Of a DNA stretch of 64,000 nucleotides, positions 1 to 10,679 are shown piece after piece. The position numbers and the translations under genes were made by a program. How positions within the stretch are numbered: position 1 is the first letter of the stretch; each line of letters starts with the position of its first letter. The notes beneath the pieces were generated by a model. It worked only from the letters and a program-made list of their open reading frames with translations, was not told the DNA's origin and ran no database searches. The stretch lies in contig NC_086098.1 in assembly GCF_963921235.1 (NCBI RefSeq), positions 4,526,001 through 4,590,000 on the forward strand, read 5' to 3'. Origin of the DNA: Mobula hypostoma. Lineage: Eukaryota.

Positions 1-111
1 ACCTGTTTGGCATGGGTGACCCTACCAAGAGCCAAGACATGGAGCCCTGATTCCAGCCGACATAGCTGCTCAGGTCATTGAAACACACAAGCCTCCAAAC
101 CCAACGACAAG
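1..111 (-). mobile_element. RTE-type LINE 5' region fragment
   Basis: Minus strand reads cttgtcgttggg...gagcagctatg...ggtagggtcacccatgccaaacaggt, resembling 5' regions of vertebrate RTE elements; recognised from memory only. Confidence 0.4.
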
Positions 112-119
112 ATTGTGGG

Positions 120-600
120 CAAACACAAGGAAATCTGCAGATGCTGGAATTTCAAGCAACACACATAAAAGTTTGCTGGCTCTGTCCGCCAGAGAAAGCA
201 GGATCTCGCAGTGGCCACACATTTTAATTCCACGTCCCATTCCCATTCTGATATGTCTATCCACAGCCTCCTTTACTGTAAAGATGAAGCCACACTCAGG
301 TTGGAGGAACAACACCTTATATTCCGTCTGGGTAGCCTCCAACCTGATGGCAAGAGCATTGACTTCTCAAACTTCCGCTAATGCCCCACCTCCTCCTCGT
401 ACCCCATCCGTTATTTAATAAGCCTTAAGGAACCATATAAACTCTGGTATTGTAGAATTTATCATTCCCTTATTTGGCTTCTTCCTCCTTCCTTTCCAGT
501 CCCGATGAAGGGTCTCGGCTTGAAATATTGACTGTTTATTAATTTCCATAGATGCTACCTGACCTGCTGAGTTGCTTCAGAATTTTGTGTGTGTAGTTTC
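120..600 (+). mobile_element. Penelope-like element remnant (GIY-YIG C-terminus plus pseudo-LTR pieces)
   Basis: 202-381 translates DLAVATHFNSTSHSHSDMSIHSLLYCKDEATLRLEEQHLIFRLGSLQPDGKSIDFSNFR* (PLE endonuclease end); decayed hammerhead-like motif at ~497-534; pLTR motif ctgcagatgctgg recurs elsewhere in the window. Confidence 0.8.
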
Positions 601-1039
601 TTATTGTAGATATTGTTTTTGCTTAATCTTCTTCTCTTTCCAGGCACAAGCACTCTCCCTTTGAACATGGCAACCAGGTGAGATAGAGAGATCCCTGGGA
701 GATGGGAGATGGAAGATGAGGGTAAGAATAAAATTAATGAACCAGAGGTGACACTGAAAACTAAATTGCAGCTTCTTTGCAGAAAATAATTAACAGAGAA
801 AAGATGTGATTTCTTAAATTTCAGACGCTGCTGTGAAATCTTAAATTGTAACATTATTTTAGAGTCACATACATACTAATTTATCACATGTACACCAAAT
901 CCTGTAGTGAAATGCATCATTCCTCTTAACAAAATGAATACAGCCCAGGATGTGCTGAGGGCAGCCCGCAAGTGTCTCCACATACTCTATCGCGAACATA
1001 ACATGTCCACCATGTTCAGCAGGACACAAACAGTAAGTA

Positions 1040-1190
1040 AGGAGTTTGTATGTTCTCCCTGTGACCGTGTGGGTTTCCTCCGGTTGCTCCAGTTTCCTAC
1101 CATATTCCAAAGATGTGGGGGTTAGGAGGTTAATCAGTGTGGGCCCATCGGGCCAGAAGGGCCTGTTACCAGGCTTGTCTTGGAATAAAT
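1040..1190 (+). mobile_element. V-SINE (HE1-like) fragment
   Basis: ggagtttgtatgttctccctgtgaccgtgtgggtttcctccggttgctccagtttcct, the conserved V-SINE central domain, repeated at several sites in the window. Confidence 0.65.
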
Positions 1191-1501
1191 ATATAAATCA
1201 AAAAAACAGAACACGACAGCAACAGAAAAACACCCACCCAGTTACACACAGGCTGTCTTCCAACCCCAGGACAGACTGCTCCAAGGCCTCTAATACCAGA
1301 ACAAGCCTCCTCCGGGCCTCTGAAACCAGGAAGGGCCTCCTCTGGGTCTCCAACACCAGGATGGACCTCCGACACCAGGAAGGTGCCCTGTACTTTCAGC
1401 CTCACAGACAATTCCAGCCTCCGATCTCCAGACAATTGAGAAATGTCCAACAATTTTTTTTAAAAAAGAAGAATATCAAAAAAAACTGCATTTCTGTAGA
1501 G

Positions 1502-1582
1502 CGGGGGTTCCCAGCCTTTGGTCCACTGATCCCTTGGTTAATTACATTGATCCATGGCATAAAAAAAGGTTAGGAACCCTTG
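1502..1582. mobile_element. hAT/Charlie-like MITE (~80 bp)
   Basis: Imperfect TIRs cgggggttcccagcct / aggttaggaacccttg; 8-bp flanks ctgtagag / ctgcaaag (6/8 match) as a decayed TSD. Confidence 0.6.
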
Positions 1583-2309
1583 CTGCAAAGACTCACTTGA
1601 ATATTGATTTAAAATATCAATTCAGCAATTTTAATACAAAAGTGTAGTTTATAATCTACTTTTGTAGATCATAAACCATAAAGTACACACATAACAATCA
1701 GTGTGCTCAGTGTATGATCCTGGAAAGTACACCTGCAGATTGAAATTCATGTTGCTAGCACCTGGAGTCGGTTGGTTATCATAAGAGGGAAGGTTGGATT
1801 GGCAAGACGTATACCTGTTGGTGTTCAGAGAAGTGAAAAGGCATTTGACTGAAACATGAGAAGCTCTGAGGGGTCATGACAAAGTGGATGTGGAAAGGAT
1901 TTTTTTTCCTGTAGGAGAAACTAGTACTTTTTTTTAGAGCGAGATGATCAGTTAAGGCACACAAGGCAATTTTTTTCTGAGTGCCTAAGTCTTTTGAACT
2001 CTTCCTTGACAAGCTGAGAAAAAGGAGACAGAATAATGTTAAGGAAGAGACATTGGGTACATGGAGGAGAAATGTTACCATGGATACAAGAGAATGTACA
2101 CTTGCGTTTGAACCATGGCCTCCTGAAATGTGGGTTAGGCTTGGGCGATTGTTCAACTTACTCAGAACATGGAACAGTGTAGACTGGGAACAGGCCCTTG
2201 GGATCACCATCTCCGTGCCAAGCATGATACCAGTCTAAACTAATCCCATCAACTTCTCCCGTCCTGTTCAAGTGCTGGCACCTCCCTGGCAGGATACTTT
2301 AGTCATCTG

Positions 2310-2600
2310 TGGTGTTATGGTAGCATCATGGTTGGTGGAATACTATTAAAGCACCAGCTGTAACACCTGCCGCTATTTCGAAGGAGTTTGTACGTTTTCC
2401 GTCACCGCGTGGGTTTCCTCTGGGTGATCTGTTTTCCTCCCACATTCCAAGGTTGTATGGATAGGGTTAGTGAGTTTAGGCGTGCTGTGTCACTGCTGGA
2501 AGTGTGTCAGTACGTGGGCTGCCCCCAGCACAACCCTCGCTGCTTTGATTTGATGCAAAGACTGTACGTTTCCATATACATGTGACAAAAAAAACTAATC
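2310..2600 (+). mobile_element. V-SINE (HE1-like)
   Basis: Decayed tRNA-like head followed by ggagtttgtacgttttccgtcaccgcgtgggtttcctc core. Confidence 0.6.
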
Positions 2601-2807
2601 TCTTTTTTTAAAAATTGCTTTGTAAATCTCCTTTCAGCTTTTCCTTTAAGCAAATGCCCTCTAGTATTTGACATTTTCACGATGGGGTAAATACTCTGAC
2701 TCCAGTTATATACAAAATCAGCTTGCCATAATAAACTACACTTCAGCACCTAAATTATATGTTTGCATAACAGCTTGTGCTTTAGTTGTGTACAGTATGT
2801 CTTAATT

Positions 2808-3170
2808 TATTTAGAGCTACAACAGTGACAGGCCCTTCCGGCACCGTGAGCCCACACTGCCCAATTACATTTATGCAACCAATTAACCTACTAACCCATT
2901 CACCTTTGGACTATGGGAGAAGTTAACCTACCAACCCTTTCACCTTTGGACTGTGGGAGAAATTAACCTACTAACTCATTCCCCTTTGGACTGTGGGAGA
3001 AATTAACCTACTAACCCATTCACCTTTGGACTGTGGGAGGAAACCAGAGCACCGGGAGGAAGCCCACGTGGTGACGGGAGAAAACGTACGAACTCCTTAC
3101 AGACGGCAGTAGTAATTGAATTTGGGTCTCTGGCGCGATAATAGCATTATGCTAACTGCTACACTGCCAT
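2808..3170 (-). mobile_element. V-SINE (HE1-like) with internal tandem expansion
   Basis: Reverse complement of the V-SINE core at 3030-3100 and tRNA-like head at ~3110-3170. Confidence 0.65.
2881..3040. repeat. Tandem repeat, 4 x 40 bp
   Basis: Unit aattaacctactaacccattcacctttggactgtgggaga starts at 2881, 2921, 2961, 3001. Confidence 0.95.
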
Positions 3171-3747
3171 GCATCCCAAATTTATGCTGATATTTTGTGC
3201 TTTTTCATTAATTGTACATGAAGTCTCAATTTGTTAAGCATTTGTTGGATATTCATCCTGGATTATTTGTGCAGATAGTGGAGAATGGGCAGAGTCTTGT
3301 AACTCCTTTTACTGTAATTCGATTGAAAGTACTTGAACTGAATTCTGCAAGTGGCCAACTACTTGTATATTGTGTGTATTAATGCAAGGGCAAAATTCCT
3401 CTTATTTAACCAAAAGAAAGCCTTTATTTATATTGCAGGCTTCATACATCTTTTCAGAAACATGGATGGGAGCTGAATTAAAAGTGATTATTGAGCAGTG
3501 ACTTCCTCTGAAAAGCTCAGAAGCAGTGAACAGAGCTGCTGCTCGTTCTGAAACCCATCACCACTACTGGGGCACAGGCCACCGACAGCAGCTCACCAGC
3601 GTCCTCTGTCCTGGGCCAGTCTTTCAGATTGTACCAGTATTTGCCCATCTTCGAAGGTCCTTCCTCACCCAGTGATGAGGTCTTTGGAGCGTCAATTGGC
3701 TTTTCTGTGGCTCTTGGTTTTACGGGATGGGACTGCTAGCCCCATGT

Positions 3748-3790
3748 CCAACCCTCCTTTCACAACCGAGCTTGGGACGGAAGTTAATAA
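3748..3790 (-). ncRNA. Twister-like ribozyme remnant (internal deletion)
   Basis: UAA-CUUC-CG-UCCCAAGC-UCGG...AAAG-GAGGG-UUGG; the GC of pseudoknot T2 is deleted. Confidence 0.5.
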
Positions 3791-3850
3791 GCAGTGCTCT
3801 ACATGTGGTGTTTTGTGGCTCTGGGTTTTTAACGGGATGGGATTGCTAGC

Positions 3851-3905
3851 CTAACCCACCTCCTTTTGCACCTGGGCTTGGGACAGCCCATGGCAGAATT
3901 AATAA
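3851..3905 (-). ncRNA. Twister-like ribozyme remnant
   Basis: UAA-UUCU-GC-CAUGGG-CUG-UCCCAAGC-CCAG...GGAG-GUGGG; matches the twister P1-type order with point decay. Confidence 0.6.
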
Positions 3906-4559
3906 ATGGTGCTGTAGCTGTGAAATCTGTTTAGGGAATGATGCTGCTTGTACCTCCGATGTGATTGCTGCAAATCTGTTTTAGATTCCTAGAGACAATC
4001 AGTTAGATTATCCTGTCGAAGGAAAATGGCACTTCTAAAAATTATTAATTTTTTTATTGCAACACCAACAAATTACCTTCAATAGGAAAATGGCACTTTA
4101 AAAAATTATCACTTCAACGCAGCTCCCTACCTATAATGTTTTCATGCTCCCTCGATGTTTTTGTGCATAAAGTTCATGGTGTTGTGAATTTTTGAGCTGT
4201 TTAAATGAGATCATGTATTCTCCTGTTGATGCTGGTAAGTCAGTAAGCATTAAAGAAAAACGCCCCAATGGTTGTAATCAGAAAGGAGTTTATTATCACT
4301 GACAAATGTGGCAAGAGCACAGTGCAAAGGCACAACAGAATTACTGTAAGAAAATATAAAGAAAAGTAATGCAAAAAGAAAGCAAAATAGGTTAGTTAGT
4401 TAATGCTCATGGGCTGTTCAGAAATCTGATGGCAGAGGGGAAGAATCTGTTCCTAAAATGTCTGTCTTCAGTCTCCTCTACCTCCTCCCTGAGAAGAGAG
4501 CATGTCTGGGATGCTGAGGGTCCTTCACGAAGGATGCCACTGTTCATTTATTTGTAACG

Positions 4560-6330
4560 TAGTAATTTTTGTGTCTTACACTGTACTGCCAGCACAAAGG
4601 CACAATAAATGTGAATACATAGGATAGCATATATAAGTAGATTGATTGTATGTATAGTACATAAAGTGAGTCTAGACTGCACATAAGGTGACTGACGGGA
4701 TGTAATAAAGTAGTGGTGGAGTTAGTGGGTGGAGGTGTTGATCAGCCTTACTGCTTGGGGAAAGTAACTGGTTTTGAGTCTGGTGATCCTGGCGTGGATG
4801 CTACGCAGCCTCCTCGCTGACGGGAATGGGACAAAGAGTCTAGGAGCAGGGTGGGTGGGATTCCTCATTATGTCACCGACCCTTTTCCACCGCATTTCTG
4901 TGTACACGTCCTTGATGGTAGGCTAGTGCTGGTGATGCTTTGGGCAATTTTGACTACCAGTTGTAGATCCTTCCTGTCAGCCATTGTGTAGTTTCCGTAC
5001 CGAGCAGTGATGCAGCTTGTTAGGATGCTCTTTACTGCGCATCTGTAGAATGAGGTGATGAGAGATGTCCAAAGTCCAGCTCTCTTCAGCCTCCTCAAAG
5101 TAAAGAAATTGTTGAGCTTTCTTGGCTATGTAGGATGTGTCCTGGGACCATGAAACTGTTCGTAGTTTCCACTGCTGTGCCACTGATGTAAAGGGGGGTG
5201 TGAGTGATGTGAGTTCTCCTAAAGTCAATAACCGTTCTCCTTTGTCTTGTTGACATTAAGAGAAAGGTTATTTGCCTGACGCCAGTCCTCGAGCTCTTCC
5301 ACCTCCGCTCTGTCGGCCGTCTCATCATCGTTGTTAATGAGCCCCACCACTGTCGTGCCACCAATGCAGCTGACTATGTGTGTGGCCGTATAGCCGTGTG
5401 TGATCAGACTGTACAGCAAAGGGCTCAACACGCCCTCAGTGAAGATGTCGGGGAGGAGGAGCACTTGTGCATCCTGACTATCTGAGGCCTGTTGTTTAGG
5501 AAGTCCAAAACCCAGTTGCAGAGTGGTGTATTCCGACTGAAGAGAGGGAGTTTATTTACAACGATCTGTGAGACAATACTGTTGAATGCTGAACTGAATT
5601 CCAGAAACAGCATTCTGACATAAGTGTCCCTGTTTTCTTGGTGTGTCAGGGCCAGGAGCATAGAGCAGTTTTGTCGGTAAACGTACTGGTGAGTCTCCAG
5701 TGTGGCAGCAATGGAGTTTTGATACGTACATTTATCAGCTGTTCGGAGAACTTCGTGATGATTAGTGTCATTGCCACCAGACGGTAGTTGTTTAGTTCTG
5801 AAGGTGTAGAATTTGATGATGGTGGCTGATTTGAAGAATGTGGGACAGCAGCCTGGATGAGTGAAGTGTTGAAGATGTCAGTGAGCTGGTGTGCACACTC
5901 CCTGAGTACTCAGCCTGGGATGTTGTCTGGCCTGACGGCCTTATGGGAGTGAGCTCTCTGCCGAGTCTCCTCACGTCTGCTGCTGTGTCAGACAGTGGCT
6001 GCTCACCGGGGGGGGGTTAGCTTTCAAGGCTGGTGTTGTGTTGCATGCCTCTAAGCATGTATAAGAGTGTTTTTGAGTGTCAGGAAGAGAAGCATCACTG
6101 GTACAGTCAACACTGCTTTTCCTTGCCGAGTCAGTAATGTCCTTGATGCTCAGCGACGTACACTGGGGGTCACCATCAGATGTGAATTTTTCAGACATCA
6201 TCTGTTCCTGCATTGTTTGAGCACAGCGGTCTTTGCCCTCCTGATGCGTAAGATGTAGTGTCTCCTGGCTTTAGTAGGGAGTGCACCTCTGTATCAGTTC
6301 CTGCGACTCTGCATGCTGCCATCTTAGCAG
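4560..6330 (-). mobile_element. Rex1/Babar-type LINE, decayed
   Basis: Frameshifted RT pieces: YVRMLFLEFSSAFNSIV, NTPLCNWVLDFL, GVLSPLLYSL, TTVVGLINNDDETA..LNVNKTKE, FYRCAVKSILTSCIT, RLKTSYFPQAVRL. Confidence 0.85.
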
Positions 6331-6855
6331 AGAATGGTTTAGTTCAATGACTTTCAAATCAGATTTTGTGGTCTGAAGATGGTTTGCTTGATAAAGATTT
6401 ATGTTTTATGTGCGACTGTTGCAGTGAAGAGTGGTGATTTCATTATCCTCTCTGTTCTGTGGGATTGATAACTACTCCACCGGCTCGAAACTGGAACCGT
6501 GGTACCTGGTTTAAAGTAGGGACAGGGCCTCCATGGGGCATTTAAATGGTGACTTAATACAAACCTGCTCTTTTAGCACAATATAGTCCATTATAATAAA
6601 ATATTTTTAAAAGATTAATTTTACAATTCCTTCTAATAGCTCATTATCTCTTCTATCCATTCTGAATTTACATGCACCCACTCTAACCCACAGCTGTCAG
6701 ATTTCTACCTTCTCACTCTGTCTGGGAGGCAGATTGACTATTGATGACCCTCAGACACACTTCAGATGTGGTTTCAAGATTAAAGCATCATATCAGAATC
6801 AGGCTTATTGTCACTGACATCTGCCGTGAAATTTGTTTTTGCGGTAGCAGTACAT

Positions 6856-9220
6856 AAGATAAGACCATAAGATATAGGAGCAGAAGTAGGCCATTTGGCC
6901 CATTGAGTCTGCTCCGCCATTCAATCATGGGCTGATCCAATTCTTCCAGTCATCCCCACACCCTTTGATGGCCTGGCTATTCAAGAACCTATCTATCTTT
7001 GCCTTAAATGTACCCAGTTACTTGGTCTCCACAGCCACTCGTGGGAACAAATTCCACAGATTTACCACCCTCTGACTAAAGTAATTTCTCCACATCTCTG
7101 TTCTGAATGGACATCCTTCAATCCTGAAGTTCTGCCCTCTTGTCCTAGACTCCCCTACCATGGGAAATAACTTTGTCATATCTAATCTGTTCAGGCCTTT
7201 TAACATTCGGAATGTTTCTATGAGATCCCCCTTCATTCTCCTGAACTCCAGGGAATACAGCCCCAGAGCTGCCAGACGTTGCTCATATGGTAACCCTTTC
7301 ATTCCTGGAATCGTTCTTGTGACTCTTCTCTGAACCCTCTCCAATGTCAGTACATCCTTTCTAAAATAAGGAGTCCAAAACTGCACACAATACTCCAAGT
7401 ATGGTCTCACGAGTGCCTGATAGGGCCTCAACATCACATCCCTGCTCTTATATTCTATACCTCTAGAAATGAATGCCAACATTGCATTTGTCTTCTTCAC
7501 CACTGACTCAACTTGGAAGTTAACCTTTAGGGTATCCTGCATAAGGACTCCCAAGTCCCTTTGCATCTCTGCATTTGGAATTCTCTCTCTATCTAAATAA
7601 CAGTCTGCCTGTTTATTTCTTCCACCAAAGTGCATGACCATACACTTTCCAACATTGTATTTCATTTGCCACTTCTTTGCCCATTCCCCTAAACTATCTA
7701 AGCCTCTCTGCAGACTCTCTGATTCCTCAACACTACCTGCTCCTCCAGCTATAATTGTATCATTGGCAAATGTAGCCACTAATCCATTAATCCCATAGCT
7801 CAATTCATTGACATACATCATAAAAAGCAGCGGTCCCAACACCGACCCCTGTGGAACTCCACTGGTAACTGGCAGCCAGCCAGAATAGGATCCCTTTAGT
7901 CCCACTCTCCGTTTTCTGCCGATCAGCCAATGCTCCGCCCATGCTGGTAACTTCCCAGTAATTCCATGGGCTCTTATCTTGTTAAGCAGCCTCATGTGTG
8001 GCACCTTGTCAAAGGCCTTCTGAAAATCCAAGTACACCACATCTACTACATCTCCTTTGTCTACCCTGCTTGTAATTTCCTCAAAAAATTGCAGTAGGTT
8101 TGTCAGGCAGGATTTTCCTTTCAGGAAACCATGCTGGCTTTGACCTATCTTGTCATGTGCTTCCAGGTACTCCATAATCTCATCCCTAACAATCGATTCC
8201 AGCAACTTCCCAACCACAGATGTCAGGCTAACAGGTCTATAGTTTCCTTTTTGCTGCCTCCCACCCTTCTTAAGTAGCGGAGTAACCTTTGCAATTTTCC
8301 AGTCATCCGGTACAATGCCAGAATCTTTCGATTCTTGAAAGATCATTGTTAATGCCTCCGCAATCTCTCCAGCTACTTCCTTCAGAACCTCAGGATTTAT
8401 CCACCGTCAGACCGTTAAGCCTGAGCACCTTCTCAGTCGTAATTTTCACTGCACATGTTTCACTTCCCTGACACTCTTGAATGTCCAGTATACTGCAGAT
8501 GTCTTTCACCGTGAAGACTGATGCAAAATACGCATTCAGTTCCTCCGCCATCTCTGCGTCCCTCATTACAATATCTCCAGCGTCATTTTCTATTGGTCCT
8601 ATATCTACCCTCAACTCTCTTTTACCCTTTATATACTTAAAAAAGCTTTTAGTATCTTCTTTGATATTAGTCACCAGCTTCCTTTCATAATTCATCTTTT
8701 CCTTCCTAATGACCTTCTTAGTTCCTTTTCTGCAAGTTTTTGAAAGCTTCCCAATCCTCTGTTTTCCAAGTAGCTTTGGCTTCCTTGTATGCCTTCTCTT
8801 TTGCTTTTACTTTGGCTCTGACTTCACTTGTCAGCCACGGTAGTGTCCTTCTCCCATTCAAAAATTTCTTCTTATTTGGAATATATCTGTCTTGCACTTC
8901 CCTCATTTTTCACAGAAACTCCAGCCATTGCTGCTCCGTTATCCTTCCTGCCTGTGTCCCCTTCTAGTCAGCTTTGGCCAGTTCCCCTCTCATGACATTG
9001 TAACTTCCTTGAAATACTGACACATTGGAATTTAATTTCTCCTTCTCAAATTTGAAAGCGAACGTGATCATATTGTGATCACTGTTCCCTTAGGGTTCCT
9101 TAACCTTAAGCTCTCTTATCACCTGCAGATCATTGCACAACACCCAATCCAGCCCAGCTGATCACCTAGTGGGCTGAACAACAAGCTGTTCTAAAAAGCC
9201 ATCCCTTAGACATTCTACAA
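6856..9220 (-). mobile_element. CR1 LINE, 5'-truncated
   Basis: RT ORF 7018-8346 (YLDFQKAFDKV, GVPQGSVLGP), upstream broken ORF2 pieces, 3' hairpin and (tcttatgg)-type tail. Confidence 0.95.
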
Positions 9221-9739
9221 CATTGCAACACATAAAATTACAATATATAAATTACAATAAGAAATGTTTAATTGAGATTTTATGTACAATTAACGAATAA
9301 CCACAAATTATCAGCATAAATTTCGGGATCGGGACTACAGAGCGTCGTGGGAGCTGAATTCTGAAGGAAGGCAGTTTTTTTAAAAACTTCGAGTGCAAGA
9401 AGGGCGAGTCTGCGCAGGTGCGTGACGTCAACAGGACCGCGTGGAGAGTTTAAAAAGGAGACCACCCTATACAGCGGGCAGCGGAGTAAGTGGTAGCAGA
9501 GTGTAGGGCTTTGGCTTCAACGGGCTTCAGCGGTAAACGGGAAGAGGCGAGAGCGAAGCACCAACTCTTTTTTTCTCCCCCCGCCCCATCCCTTTCGTGA
9601 ATCGGCCTGTACAGACAGGAACAGCAGGGCTCTCACAGCTAATGGTACGAGCTAACGGTTTAAAAAGTTCGTCTGTTTGGCGAGGTAAGTGGGTGAGTAG
9701 ACTTATTTTTCCTGTTTCATTCCTGCAGAATTAGATAGC

Positions 9740-10675
9740 ATGCCTGCAGGGTTAGTGCTTTGTTCAGGGTGCCAGATCTGGGAATCCTGGGAGACCTCCA
9801 GCCTCCCTGATGACTACATCTGTGCCAGGTGCACCGAGATGCAGCTCCTCAGAGACCGTGTTAGGGATCTGGAGCTGCAGCTTGATAACCTACTACTTAT
9901 CAGGGAAAGTGAAGAGGTGATAGACAGGAGCTACAGGGAGGTAGTCATCCCTAGGTTACAGGGGTCAGAAAACTGGGTCACTGTCAAGAGAGGGAAGGGA
10001 AATGCCCGGATAGTGGAGAGCACATCTGTGGGTGTCCCTCTCAGCAACAAACATCTTGTTCTGGATGCTGCTGAGGGGGATGACCTGACAGGGGACACCC
10101 ACAGTGACCGGGTCTCTGGCACTGAGCCTGGCGCTGTTGTGCAGGAGGGAAGGAGGGAGAAGAGAAATGCGGTAGTCGTAGGGGATTCCATAGTCAGAGG
10201 AACAGACAGGAGATTCTGTGAGCCTGACAGAGATACCCGCATGGTGTGTTGCCTCCCAGGTGCCAGGGTACGGGATGTCTCGGATCGGGTCCTGAATATT
10301 CTAAAGGGGGAGGGTGAGCAGCCAGTTGTCTTGGTACATGTTGGTACCAATGACATAGATAGGACAAAGGAGGAGGTCCTGAAGAGAGATTTCCAGGAGT
10401 TAGGAAGGAAGCAGAGAAGCAGGACCTCCAGGGTAGTAATCTCGGGATTGCTACCTGTGCCACGTGCTAGCGAGGGCAAGAATAGTCGGATCAGGCAGAT
10501 GAATGCGTGGCTGAGGGACTGGTGTAGGGGGCAGGGCTTCAGATTCTTGGATCATTGGGATCTCTTCTGGGGGAAGTATGACCTGTTCAAAAAGGACAGG
10601 TTACACCTGAACCCGAAGGGGACCAATATCCTGGCGGGAAAGTTTAATAGAGTTGTTAGGGAGGGTTTAAACTAA
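9740..10675 (+). CDS. CR1 ORF1p: zinc-finger/leucine zipper plus SGNH esterase domain, intact 311 aa
   Basis: CSGC..CARC, heptad leucines, VVVGDS, HVGTND, DRLH motifs. Confidence 0.9.
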   Translation: MPAGLVLCSGCQIWESWETSSLPDDYICARCTEMQLLRDRVRDLELQLDNLLLIRESEEVIDRSYREVVIPRLQGSENWVTVKRGKGNARIVESTSVGVPLSNKHLVLDAAEGDDLTGDTHSDRVSGTEPGAVVQEGRREKRNAVVVGDSIVRGTDRRFCEPDRDTRMVCCLPGARVRDVSDRVLNILKGEGEQPVVLVHVGTNDIDRTKEEVLKRDFQELGRKQRSRTSRVVISGLLPVPRASEGKNSRIRQMNAWLRDWCRGQGFRFLDHWDLFWGKYDLFKKDRLHLNPKGTNILAGKFNRVVREGLN

Positions 10676-10679
10676 TTTG

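Larger units (their letters stand above)
3552..3905 (-). mobile_element. Short non-autonomous RTE-derived element with duplicated twister-like head
   Basis: Minus strand: twister-like motif, RTE-like 5' UTR, then the RTE ORF C-terminal remnant (..RLAQDRGRW*AAVGGLCPSSG); head duplicated at 3810-3905; same tail at ~26755-26857 and same head at ~30640-30757. Confidence 0.7.

Noticed and set aside
1046..1573. 175-aa ORF
   Set aside because: Runs across a SINE, low-complexity sequence and a MITE; no recognisable domain
9931..10479. Antisense ORFs within CR1 copies
   Set aside because: Recurrent shadow frames of TE coding sequence with no independent support
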